A DNA stretch of 64,000 bases, from the NCBI GenBank assembly GCA_951406725.2, contig OX597828.1:34100001-34164000 (forward strand), read 5' to 3'. Both the position numbers and the translations under genes were made by a program. This document shows, one piece after another, positions 12,495 to 24,877 of the stretch. Source of the DNA: Octopus vulgaris (Eukaryota). The notes under the pieces were generated by a model. The model was not told where the DNA came from. It saw nothing but the letters and a program-made list of their open reading frames with translations, and searched no databases. Numbering within the stretch: the first letter of the stretch is position 1; every line of letters starts with the position of its first letter.

Positions 12495-13101
12495 TACAGT
12501 TCTATATTTAAGAGATGAGGAATTATGTACATTTTTTACATTTGACAGATATTTGTCCTCATCTTGTTTGTTGTTAACACAACGTTTTGACTGATATACC
12601 CTCCAGCATTCATCAGGTGTCTTGGGGAAATTTCAAACCTGGGTTCTCATTCCTAAGGTATTTTTCAATATTATTATTATTATCACCATCATCATCATTA
12701 TTATTATTATTCAGGTCACTGCCTGGAATTGAACTAGGAACTCTTAACCACTATGCCATATACTGGTGAGCAATTATGGAGTGAATTTTAGGGCTTATAA
12801 ATCTAATAGTTTCTTACCCTTCCTTAATACCGGTTCCAATATGCTACTCATATCTGCACTCGGTCTGTTTAAGAGGTTGTTGTGTCCTAACATATGTGCT
12901 TCTTTTAGTTTTTGTATTTTCCAGTGGTGTTCTCTGTCTATTATTTTAACTTCATCCCACATCAAAAAATACCTCAGGAACAAGAACTCAGGTTCGAAAT
13001 TTCCGCAAGACACCTGATGAAGGCTGGATGGTATATCAGCCGAAACGCTGTATTAACAACAAACAAGATGAGGACAAATATCCGTCAATTGTAAATAATG
13101 T
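12495..13101 (-). mobile_element. 5'-truncated Penelope-like element: GIY-YIG endonuclease C-terminal remnant (12795-12960), terminal repeat and inverted partial repeat
   Basis: WDEVKIIDREHHWK..KLKEA...LNR peptide; hammerhead motifs at 12576-12623 (-) and 13007-13054 (+). Confidence 0.8.
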
Positions 13102-13231
13102 AAACAAATTACAAGTTATATGTCCCAGGGTGGGGATGAACCATCAGACGTTCGGTTAACAGCCGAAAGCATTGACCAATATATAACATACGTGTTAAAA
13201 CAAAACAAAATAAAAAAATGATACTGTTTAC

Positions 13232-13346
13232 CTGTCCATAGAATCAACTTTAGCTCCATGCTCCAATAACAGAGTGACACACTTCATTATAGAGTTCTCA
13301 TCATCCTTATCTGAAGTACATGCAGCCATCAAAGGGAAAAATCTAT
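13232..13346 (-). CDS. ASZ1: ASZ1 exon 4 (DRFFPLMAACTSDKDDENSIMKCVTLLLEHGAKVDSMDR); alternative in-frame acceptor gives start 13352
   Basis: Manual translation (absent from ORF track); resembles ASZ1 'LITACS...EEQILKCVELLL'; phase 1-2. Confidence 0.9.
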
Positions 13347-14746
13347 CTGTCACTGGAAACAATACAAAATTTAATGAATGTGAGTAAAAAAAAAAAGTAA
13401 AGATAAAATTCTGTATGTGTCCTGGTTTTTAGAAATGGTACTGAGGTACACTTTATCCTTGTGTACCATAAGAGTCAGCAGCTAAAAGGGAATTGGGAAA
13501 GGAATTTGGGCCCCCAAAAAGTTGCTGACAATAAAGACTCATCCAACGCAAGCCACGGAAAAGAGAGTGCAATAAAACAACAATGACGATGAAGATGATG
13601 ATGATGATGATGATGAAAATCTAAAGTATATTTCATCCATCCAAGCTAATCTATTTCTGAAAATAAAATTTATGATCAACTAATGATAATCATCATCATC
13701 ATCTAATGTCTGCCTTCCATGCTGGTATGGGCTGGACGGTTTGGTAGGAGCCTGCACCAGATTACTGTGTCTGCTCTGGCAGGACTTTTAGGGCTGGATG
13801 CCCTTCCTAACACCAACCACCCAGCAGAGTGGACTGAGTGCTTTTTACATAGCACAAGCACAGGTGAGGTCAGTTTTGGCAGGGTTTTTACAGCTGGATG
13901 CCTTTCCAAAATGCCCACCACTTTACAGGGTGGACTGGATGCTTTTTATGTGGCAGGGTCACAAAGTAACTTGTAAGACAAAGATCCTTTGAGAGGGGTG
14001 GGGGCATTGGAAGAGGTGATCTTGTGCCAGATGATGAAAGGTTAGAGTGTGGCAGAGAGACAGAAACAGGTGTTTTGTTGTAGAGGAGGTACATGGTTAT
14101 CCAGAGAGAGAGAGAGATATCAGGAATGAAGAGAGAAACAGGTGTGCTGCTGTGAAGAAGATGCATGGTTACCTAGCCTAAGAGAAGAACAGGAGAGAGA
14201 GAGTGGGAGACAGCAAGAGATGGTGGCAAAGTGCAGGACATACTCACAAGAGACAGGGATCTGAATATAAATTAATCCACTTAAATACTATGCACATTGC
14301 TTTTCAAGCAGTGCTGTGGCTTGTATGCCTCATAGATCCTGAGAGCTAAAACCAGTGAAGCGCAAGCTCATTGGTAGAGCCTACCATACTGGACTGCTCA
14401 TAGAGGCCAGACCAGTAAGGACTGTCTCTTTCAAGATATGAAAATGCGGTTGCAAAGGGCCAACACCTCTACTCAGAAAAACATCGATGACAATTCAAAA
14501 CAAACAACACCTGAGAGAGGAAGACCTTCCTTCAGGGAAACATAGGAGCTGAAAAAGTAGGGATCCAGCTGGAGAGAAGCAGAAATGACAGGCCAGTGCC
14601 TAGAATCATCATCATCATCGTTTAATGTCCGCTTTCCATGCTAGAATGGGTTGGACGATTTTGACTGAGGGCTGGCGAACCAGATGGCCAAAGGTCAATA
14701 GAGAGTGAAGATCTTAAGAAAGCAAATAGATTACATATACACTCAC

Positions 14747-14869
14747 CATGGTTATAATCAGGAGAAGCATTCTGTTCCAAGAGATAATGGACAATTTCAG
14801 GATGACCAGCGCTAGAAGCATACAACAATGGCGTCCAGTTTCCTTTGAGCTTAACATTAACATCAGTTC
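14747..14869 (-). CDS. ASZ1: ASZ1 exon 3 (GTDVNVKLKGNWTPLLYASSAGHPEIVHYLLEQNASPDYNH)
   Basis: Ankyrin consensus WTPLxYA..GH; CAG/GTGAGT boundaries; phase 1-1. Confidence 0.93.
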
Positions 14870-16126
14870 CTGTAGTAATAAGAAAGAAAAACATTGAATT
14901 ACCATATTTTAACATGTATAAGGAAACCCCCTAATTTTAGGGGCTTAAATTTGGAAAAAATGTTTCGTAAGGTATTACAATACTATCCACGTATAAGAAA
15001 CTCCCATATCATTTTTTGACAAGAAAGGGTTCCTCATACACGTTAAAATATGGTAATTCTCTGAGTTAGATTATAAGCATAATATGACAATGGTGGTACT
15101 GATGATGAAGAATCTATATTGAGAACATAGGTGCAGGGGCAAAGGCAGGTTTTTGGATGATGGCACATCATCATCATTTAACATCCATTGTCCTCACCAG
15201 CATAATCAGAACTGACAAGCTGAAAGGCTGTACCAGGCTCCAGTCTGCTTTGGTGTGGTTTCTATGGCTGGATGTCCTTCCTAATGCCAACCACTGCAAG
15301 AGTGTAATGGGTGTTTTTATGTCCCACTGGCACAGGTACCATTTGTGTGACACTGGTATCTGCCACGACTAAAGAGTTAATGTCTCTCCTGTCAACCTTT
15401 CCTCAAAGAACTTTCCAAAATGGATTTTCCACCTCTGTGTAGCAAATTCACTATTTTTCTTTATTGATTTTACTAAATAATACAAACCTTGCTGACGCAG
15501 ACCAAAACCAGAGTCTTGAGTCTGTTTCATTATATATATATACATATACCCTCTCTTTTATCTTTTACTTCTTTCAGCCCATAGATTATGGCCAAGCTGG
15601 GGCACTGCCTTCGAGAATTTTTAGTTGAATGTAATGTATCAACACCACTACTTTTTTTTTTAAAGTCTGGTGCTTACTCTATCAGTCATTTTGCTGAACT
15701 ACTAAGTTACAGGGAGGTAAACACACCAACACCTGTTGCCAAACAGGACATACACATATAAATACACATAGAGATGCATACATATATACGACAGGCTTCT
15801 TTCAGTTTCTGTCAACCAAATCTACTCAAAAGGCTTTGGTTGTCCTAAGGCTATAGCCGAAGACACTTGCCCAAGGTGTCATGCAGTGGGACTGAACCTG
15901 GAACCATGTGATTGGGAAGCAAGGTTCTTACCACACAGCCACACCTGCACCCAAAATGGTTTTGGTTCAGCCCCAAGCAATTTAGAGTTTCACAGGCTTC
16001 TTACAGAAACCCAGCTCTTTGGGATCAGTTAGCATAAAGAGTGTAAAAAGACAGACAGGATGGATGATCTGAGAGTAAGGAATAATAATAATAAAAGAGA
16101 TTGCAGAAGAGAATGTCTGCTCTTAC

Positions 16127-16379
16127 CATTTTCAATGAAATACTGTACAGTAGTGAGGTCACCGTTCAAAATGGCTATTCGAAGGTCATCAATTGGAAAT
16201 TCTACTTTAGCCATCAGTTTACTGGAAAGATCAACAACAGGTACTCGCTGAGGGATTGGATTTGCTGAATCATTCCAAGACTCTCCATTTTGCCATGTTT
16301 CACTCGTGTCAAATTGTTTTCCTTGATTCGTTTCGTTTGTGTTCTCTTCAAATGATTTTGGTTCTGACAGATCCTTGCC
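16127..16379 (-). CDS. ASZ1: ASZ1 exon 2 (GKDLSEP...DDLRIAILNGDLTTVQYFIEN), start of ankyrin repeats
   Basis: TTTTCCCCCAG acceptor, GTAAGA donor, open frame with ankyrin-like helix. Confidence 0.88.
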
Positions 16380-19300
16380 CTGGGGGAAAAGTAACAAGCA
16401 CGAAGAAATACATATCTGCATATCATATCTCTGCAATATATGCATATGTAGTGGTTATATATAGTCGGTACCACGTGTTGATGTAGCTGCATGTATATTA
16501 TTACAAGAGTTCATATAGAGACGAAGAATAAATTCAAGACTTATATATTTACTACATAAAACTATATTTTATTTACTGATCGGCCGATGCCAGACCCCCC
16601 TGGCACCTGTGCAGGTGGCACGTAAAAAGCACCCACTACATTCGCGGAGTGGTTGGCGTTAGGAAGGGCATCCAGCTGTAGAAACTCTGCCAGATCAGAC
16701 TGGAGCCTGGTGCAGCCCTTGGCTTCCCAAACCCCGGTCGAACCGTCCAACCCTAGCGCGGAAAACGGACGTTAAATGATGATGATGATGATACATAGAA
16801 TCAAAATTGTAGAATCTAGTTGAATGAAGTAATCTATGCAAGAAAGTTCAGAGATAGGAAATATAGAAATAACAGCTAAGTGGTGGTTTTCAGTCATGTG
16901 GCATAGAGAAATAGACGGACATAGCAATGACGTGAATGGCTCTGAGTCTAATCGACTAAGAAGCGAAGAGTTGGGTTAGCAATCTGTTTTTATTACTGGA
17001 ACGCTAGACATCCTAGAAACTTTTCAGAGAAATGCTAAAGAATAAAATGTCTTGAATGACACAACAATGCCCTATAATACAAACAATGGACTATAAGAAC
17101 TGTTGTAATTTAATGCTCCATAGTCTGATATGATATTTCAGAATAAAAATTCCTTCTTCAGATAACCCTAGGAATTGATGGAGTCGCTGCTATAATCAGT
17201 TTTCCAACGGCTTTTCTTTTTCCTTTTTTTCCGGAAGCGAAGAACTTCTTTCAGTTTCCGTCTACCAAATCCAGTCACAAGGCTTTGGTCGGCCAGAGTC
17301 TATAGTAGAAGACACTTATCCAAGATGCCATGCAGTGGAACTGAACCCAGAACCATGTGGTTCTCACCACACATACACAAACATATATATGTGCATGCAT
17401 ATACACACACACACACACACCACGGCTGTGTGCTCGTGACTGAGTTAAGCTCACTAACTTATTACGAGCCACCTACAGGCTTCCAACCAGTCAGGCATGC
17501 ACATTTTAGGTCCAATAAAGCTTGCATAATATTCGGCAGACCCTCTCCATCCTGTAGACATGATCCCTGGGGCAAATTATTTGGTGTCAGTAAAAGTTCC
17601 AGGCTCCGCTGTAGATGAAAATCCTTTAAATGATTAAAGTGAACACCAACGTTTTTTTTTTTTTTTAAATAAGTCATCTCCAAGTGAGGAAAGACTTCCA
17701 CCCGTCCCCACCCCCATTTTCTCCCAAATTTGTTTATTTTTGTAATTTTTTTTTTTTTGCCAAAAATCCCGGTTTTCGGGTACGGAGATTCCGGAAAATT
17801 GCCAAAAATCGGCATTGTGATCCCCCCACCTAACTTCTTCAATTTTGACTTTTTTCCCCCAACACTAACCCTAAAACCCTAACCGTAACCTTATGAAATT
17901 TTTGTCCGAATCATGATATCCGTATTTTTCCGCATATTTAAAAAAAAAATAAAATTTCACAAACATTTTTGGAAATTTTTTTCTGAATCATAATCTCCGT
18001 ATTTTTCCGCATATTTCGAAAAAAAAAATAATGTGAAAAAAGTTAAAAATGAAGGAAATAGTGGTGGGGGTGGTAATTTAGAAATGTTAATTTTTGCCAA
18101 TTTTTTTGCAGATTCGTATTCCAAGTAGCCGAAAAGGAAGGGGTTGTGTCGAAAAAAAAAATTTTTTAAGGGTGGTTGGGGGGAGGGGGGAGTTGGCGGA
18201 CGTCATACCCCAAGAGACATGCTTTAAAAAATGCTAAGCAGTGTCTTGCTTCCAATAATTAATCTTACTGTGCTTCAGACACCAACGAGCATACACGTGG
18301 TGTTATTAAATTGAAAGATTTGGAAGGAACAAATTCTATGAACGAACAATTGTGTCTTCGTTCGAAATTTCTCTCTTGACATTCACAATGGTCGACGATA
18401 TACACATCATGTGTTTTGTTACTTAAATAAAGTAAATTCATAATTTCTCAGAGGAGCTAGCTTCATTCAGAAGAAAAAAAAAGAAAAAAACGACTCTTGT
18501 TCGTTGTTTATAATTTAAGATAAGCCGAAAAAGCACAACACCAGATAATATATAAATTAGTAAAAACCTTCTTGCAATAATGCGTTAAACAGATAACATT
18601 CGACTGCATAATGTAATGCTAGAAAGAGTAGTCGAATCGCCCTCAAATCACATCAAACCAACAAGAGCCTCAATATGCGGTTGCTTTACCTGCAAAGAAT
18701 TTGTGGTCAAAATCTTTCTAAATCATACCTGCGCAGTTCTTTTAATTAACAAAATTAACCTAACTTTTAAACATTTTATAAGCAAGAGCGAAACATTGAA
18801 ATGAATTTTAATATTACACGTGTAGAATAAGCTGTGATTTAAACGTGGATTATCAAGCCAAATTTATGAAGAATTCAAGGGTTTAGTGGGAAGAAAATCA
18901 CTTTTTTCAAATTTCAATTTCAACTTGCCACTATAATCCTTTCAATAAATTACAAATGAATTTAAAATGGGGGGCGGGGAGGTTAAGTGCTTTGATCTTG
19001 TTACCTTATAACTATTTCAGAAATTTTATATCTCGACATGCTGTTGTTTAGCTGCAGAATAAATAAACCTGGCATTAGACCTTTAATCAAAGACATTCCA
19101 GCAGTGACCATTCTATCTGTATAGGGGTATGCAGGACCATTCCCTGAAACTTTAAGACTTGCATGGTTTAAGCTTGGAGATAAGCCTATGGTGTGGTGGC
19201 AGGAACAACCAGGTATCCGTCGAAAAGGACGACATCGTCAAACGACAACGAAGAAAAACGGCGAAGTCTCCTGCTTTTGTTTCGATAACGACGATGATAC

Positions 19301-19894
19301 TATATATATATTTCTTCACTACCCACAAGGGGCTAAACACAGAGGGGACAGACAAACCGATTAAGTCGATTACATCGACCCCAGTGCGTAACTGGTACTT
19401 AATTTATCGACCCCGAAAGGATGAAAGGCAAAGTCGACCTCGGCGGAATTTGAACCCAGAAATTCGCCGACTATATATAAGACAGTCTGTGTGATTGATT
19501 TAAAAGTGAAATGCCTGCTATTTCTAACAACTCAAGTGGTCATGTAAAGATTCTTATTACTGGACATGGAAGCTAAAGTGAAAGTACAAAGCCACAAGTA
19601 TTCATGTGAAGACACGCACGTTGTTAGGCTAAGGAGCGAATTACACTTAGCGCCAAAAGAAATGCTCAATTTATATGTAGTTGTGTTGTTTTATTCATTC
19701 GCAGCTGATGGAATTCTCACCGTCGTAGTACAGACTTGGCTTTCTGTGCGCGAAGATTAAAGATAAATATATAAAGAAAAAAAAAAAGAAACCTTAAGAA
19801 GACAGACTATGGGATTTGAATGAGAAAGGGTTAAGAAGTCACTAAAAGGGTTAAACATCAAATGGTAAAAGAAAAGAAATGAAGGATGTGTTAC

Positions 19895-19975
19895 ATGTTG
19901 ATAATAACTGAGCCCGTAATCATCGGAATCGTCTGAGAATTCGTCTTCAAAGCCGGCAGGTAATACATTAGCCAT
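19895..19975 (-). CDS. ASZ1: ASZ1/GASZ exon 1 (MANVLPAGFEDEFSDDSDDYGLSYYQH)
   Basis: ATG at 19975, acidic PAG..ESD-type N-terminus typical of ASZ1, GTAACA donor, phase 0 fits exon 2. Confidence 0.8.
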
Positions 19976-20132
19976 GTTTAGAAATCAACAAAGATTAATA
20001 AATAAATATTTATGCGGGACAGTTCCAACCCAATAACTTCCGCTTCAATAATTTACAGATTTACAGTTATTAATATAATTTTTTTTAAATAAATAGCACT
20101 AAAATTTTTCTAATATTATACAACACAAACAT

Positions 20133-20165
<33 letters not shown>

Positions 20166-20260
20166 ATCGTACATAGATTTCAAGGTGAATAGTTTTTGTT
20201 TGTTTCTCTCTCTTAAGCTAGAATTATTCACTGCTGAACTGAAACTGTGGATAATCGAAG
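19976..20260. promoter_or_regulatory. Putative bidirectional promoter and 5' UTRs between ASZ1 and NDUFA12
   Basis: Divergent ATGs separated by 285 bp; ETS-like ACTTCCGC at 20036-20043; (CA)n(TA)n in the middle. Confidence 0.7.
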
Positions 20261-20349
20261 ATGGCCAAGTATTTGGAGAAGTTTTCCACCGCTCTGCGTA
20301 TTATCAGGGAAAACGGCGGTTTAAAGGAGTCCTATATGGTTTTTTATCG
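20261..20349 (+). CDS. NDUFA12: NADH dehydrogenase 1 alpha subcomplex subunit 12, exon 1 (MAKYLEKFSTALRIIRENGGLKESYMVFYR)
   Basis: AAGATGG start context, GGL motif, GTGAGA donor, phase 2 fits exon 2. Confidence 0.9.
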
Positions 20350-21802
20350 GTGAGAAACAAATAGAAACAAAAACGTTTCATTATTTGTTAGAATTTATCG
20401 AGAAAATCCTCAAATATTTCGTTATATCATTGTGAAATGCATGTAAAAAAAAAAAAAAACCCAGGCCTTGTATTTAATTTGACATTGTGTTTATATAAAC
20501 ATTGCGATTCTGTTACTTAAACGTGTCTTTTATTCTGCAAGACCCTTTTAAAGTTTACCACTTGTCTCATTACTATCCGAAGCATGTCCCCAGTTATTGT
20601 TTTATGTAAAGGAATATATATATATAAACCTGTAGTCTTTTGTGGTGGTTTGTTTTCGTTTAACCTTCAGCTTAAAATAGCAAGCAATAAATAATATTCC
20701 AAGTGTTCCGCTGTCCACCAACACCTTCACAACATTCATGGAATTGTCTTTCCATTCCAAAACACCGACATTACACCTCTTTTTGTTTTATAAATCCTTA
20801 CTTTTCTGGAGGGTGGAGCGAAGTGTGTGATTAATTCAAGAACTACGAATAAACGGTGCCTTACGTGGTCGATCCACTTGTTAGAAATAACAGCCAAATC
20901 TCCCACATGTAACAATCACCGTCTTAAAAAAATGACATAATACATAGTAAAGTCCTAGGTGCCTCTCGCATGGAATGGTCATGACTGGAATACTCTGCTC
21001 AAAGGTCTACTTGGTCTGAGTTGATCTGGAGCTAAACGACAACAATTGCCTAAAATAAAATTTATTGTGTCCCCAGATTCGGTTTTTGAAGGTTAACTAA
21101 ACCCAACAGAAACGATTTCTTCATTTACACACAGTTGCTTTTTAGTCGACGGTAAATTTAAGCAACTTCTCTGTTGTATATTTTGACAGGACATTGCAGC
21201 AGTGAAGGTCAAAGATCTCTTTCTTTGTAGAATGCCGTCGTCTGCTTCAATGAAAATAATGTCGAGTTAAATTTAATGTCATTGTTGTTCTTTGCCTCTG
21301 TCAGACTGAAGATTCTTTCTTAAATGTTTTATTCAGGACAAAGAGTTCAGAATGTGAAATAAATTCGTTTCTTTTGAGGGAGAGACGTTTAACATTTTGG
21401 GACTGGATCCTTCGCGGAAGAAAAGAGACAGGATCCAGCCCCGAAAAGTTATACCTCTCACATCAAACTAATTTATTCTAGTAAACAGTAAGATCTGAGG
21501 AAACTGGTACTGGACCGTATTGGCAGTTAATGGATATAAAACAGTTTTAAAATGGAATAATTTTGTTTACCACGTGCAAGAGGGAAAAATTTGTAACAGT
21601 ATTCGTCAATGAGTGAGGTTTTCTGATGGTACTAAATACTGTAAAAATCTACATATAATACTAATCTCGGTTTTGGAACTAAATTGTCTTAAAAAAACCA
21701 TAGTTCCATCTGTAATAAGTCGTGTTGCACAGCTGCTGCAAAACTCGATGATCTACAATAATTTAAATGCATTAGTTTTTTTTTTTTATATTCCATTTTA
21801 TA

Positions 21803-22187
21803 TGGAAGCACTCCGTCGGTTACGACGATGAGAGTTCCGGTTGATCCGAATCAACGGAACAGCCTGCTCGTGAAATTAACGTGTAAGTGGCTGAGCACTC
21901 CACAGACACGTGTACCCTTAACGTAGTTCTCGGGGATATTCAGCGTGACACAGAGAGTGACAAGGCCGGCCCTTTGAAATACAGGTACAACAGAAACAGG
22001 AAGAAAGAGTGAGAGAAAGTTGTGGTGAAAGAGTACAGCAGGGATCACCACCATCCCCTACCGGAGCCTCGTGGAGCTTTAGGTGTTTTCGCTCAATAAA
22101 CACTCACAACGCCCGGTCTGGGAATCGAAACCGCGATCCTATGACCGCGAGTCCGCTGCCCTAACCACTGGGCCATTGCGCCTCCAC
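21803..22187 (-). mobile_element. tRNA-derived SINE, near full length, CpG-rich (probably young)
   Basis: Nearly identical to 5246-5531 plus about 100 bp of internal sequence. Confidence 0.8.
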
Positions 22188-24794
22188 AAAATATATATTA
22201 CTTGCGACCACAACCATTTTATATAAAATATTAATATATAATAAGAAAATAATCATAAAAAAATTTTAAAAAAACACTATTACATTATTGTGTTTTTCTG
22301 AATAAAAGCGATTGAGGTAAAACTCAGGACTAAAAACAAATCAATCAATCTACACACCCCGAATTTAAATCTCGATTTGGGTGGAAAAAATAGCATTATC
22401 ATACATGGAGTTTTACACCATAGTTGTGGTCGTTGTCGTGATTAAATGCTATGTTCCATGTGGTTTGACAGGATCTGATGGGCCCAAGATTTACATACTG
22501 CTTTGGTTTGGTGTCTATGACCAGATACACTTGCTAATGCCAGTCTCTTTTCAGCATGTACTGGATGCTTTTTTTTGTGTGTGTGTCACCAGCTATAGTG
22601 AAGTTGCCATGCTACTCCGCATCATATAATATACAATTCTATAAACCTCTTGTACTTACAGTTAGCTGGTGCAGGCTGTCACGAAACTTGTTGGTTAATG
22701 AACTTTCTTAGATTACATTATGACAGTTAATTAATAGCTGCATTTTGCTTTCTTTTAATTAGATTCAAATTAAAAACCTGTAGGCCAGGGTACCTTTAGT
22801 CATGAGAATCTACGCCCGTATATTGCTGGTACTTATTCTATGGAACCTTACAGGAATGAAGGGCAAAATTCATACCAGTCTTACAAATGTGCTTAAATAC
22901 TAGAATGCATCTATTCCATCTACTCGTTTGTGTTTTAATGTCACTATGTCTCCTAAGCCAGTGAGCTGGCAGAATTGTTAGCAGCTTAGCAACATTTCAT
23001 CCTTCTTTACATTCTGAGTTCAAATTCCACCGGGGTTGAATGAGCCTTTCATCCTTTCAGGGTCAATAAAATAAAGTACTGGTTGAGAGCTGGGGTCAAT
23101 GTAATCAACCTAGTCCCTTCTCTGAAACTGCTTGTCTTTTGACAAAATTTGAAACCAATATTACTTATATTTTCTGGGATGGAGAATACTATTTCATTGG
23201 GGTTTTTTTTCCTTTTAAAATAAGTTGATGCTGGAATCTTGGAAATTTATTATACACCTGAAAAGATGACAGTTGCATTTTTCATAAACCAGTTTTAACT
23301 CTGGAGGAAAGAGTTGTCTATGTTTAACATGTGTAAGATGCAGTCTATATGTGATCAACAGGATTTGTATGTTGCAAAGCCACTAACAAAACATTTTGGT
23401 AAATATGTGGAAGTACTGAGGCCTTGCTTTTGTGTTTATCTCGTTTTCAAATCAAAATTAGGATGTGAGATTGGAGCATCCTCGACACTGAGAGATGGAA
23501 ACTGAAAGAAACCTGTGATGTATGTGTGTGTGTTTGTCCCCCATCATTGCTTGACACTTGATGTTGGTTTATGCCCCCTCATAACTTAGCGGAGATGGAT
23601 AGAATAAGTACCAAGCTTTAAAAATTAAGTACTGAGATCAATTTGTTCACCTGATCCCCATCAACGTAGCGACCCTGCATGGCTGCTGTCCAATGACTGA
23701 AAACTGATAAAAGGTATTTAAAAGAGGTGTAGTGTGAAGAAATGTCAGAAATTCATTGTGATCGTTGTTTAATCTTGGGCCAGCTCCAATTGAGCAGATT
23801 TATGATCAGAGGCATTCCAGCCATGACCATTCTGTCTTTTTGCATTTCAAGAACTACATTGTCCAGTGTGTCCTTTCCATTTTTTGCAGATGGTAGATTT
23901 AACTCATTGCTATTTCAGGCATTGGGAATGACCATGTAGAGGCATTCACACTACATTGTCCACTGTGGTTATTTGTTTAGTAATCCAGATCAATTATGGC
24001 TGATCTGGATCAATTAATTCAATTGAGTAGGCAGTCATATACGTAAGTCTGATTTATACATCCATTAATATACACTCTTCTGGCCTGTGACTCTATTGTA
24101 CAATGTGATGTGACATAATGTTGAATGACATTAAGGTCGTGTTACACCACATTTCATTAAAAAATGGTCTAAGGGTCTGGAGGCTGCAATAGGAAATAAG
24201 CAAAGTAGGTTCAATCCTGTGTGATTGCTGTTATTTCTTTGCTTTTATTTAATGATAAGCCATGCATCGCTTAGTTTAAGATTACATCATCATCATCATG
24301 GTTTAACGTCCGCTTTCCATGCTAGCGTGGGTTGGACGGTTCAGCTGGGGTCTGGGAAGCCCGAAGGCTGCACCAGGCCAGTCAGATCTGGCAGTGTTTC
24401 TACAGCTGGATGCCCTTCCTAATGCCAACCACTCCGTGAGTGTAGTGGGTGCTTTTTATGTGCCACCGACACAGGTGCCAGACGAGGCTGATGAACGGCC
24501 ACGCTCGGATGGTGTTTTTTTTATGTGCCACAGACACAGGTGCCAGACAAGGCTGGCGAACGGCTACGCTTGGATGGTATTTTTTACGTGCCACCGGCAT
24601 GGAGGCCAGGCAAGGCTGGCACGGCCACGATCGTATGGTGTTTGTTACGTGCCACCAGCACGGAGGCCAGTCGATGCGGTACTGGCTACGGCCACGTTCG
24701 GATGGTTTTCTTATGTTACACTCTGTAACAAACAAACAAAAAAAAGTACAGTCTGCATTTTATTGTTAATCTTATTTTCTTTTTCTAATCCTAG

Positions 24795-24877
24795 AACTGA
24801 TGATTTGAAAACTGGTACCTTAATTGGAGAAGATGAATTTGGTAATAAATATTTTCAAAACAAGAAGTATTTCTTTG
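24795..24877 (+). CDS. NDUFA12: NDUFA12 exon 2 ([28 protein letters not shown])
   Basis: Signature GTLxGED.FGNKY; CTAG/GTAAGT. Confidence 0.96.

Noticed and set aside
22110-22187. tRNA-like sequence as a true tRNA gene
   Set aside because: No acceptor stem and it continues into a SINE body; the 5246-5531 copy has a TSD.
24319-24794. 190-aa ORF seemingly extending NDUFA12 N-terminally
   Set aside because: The upstream part is an RTE-UTR repeat; the real exon starts at the acceptor before 24795.
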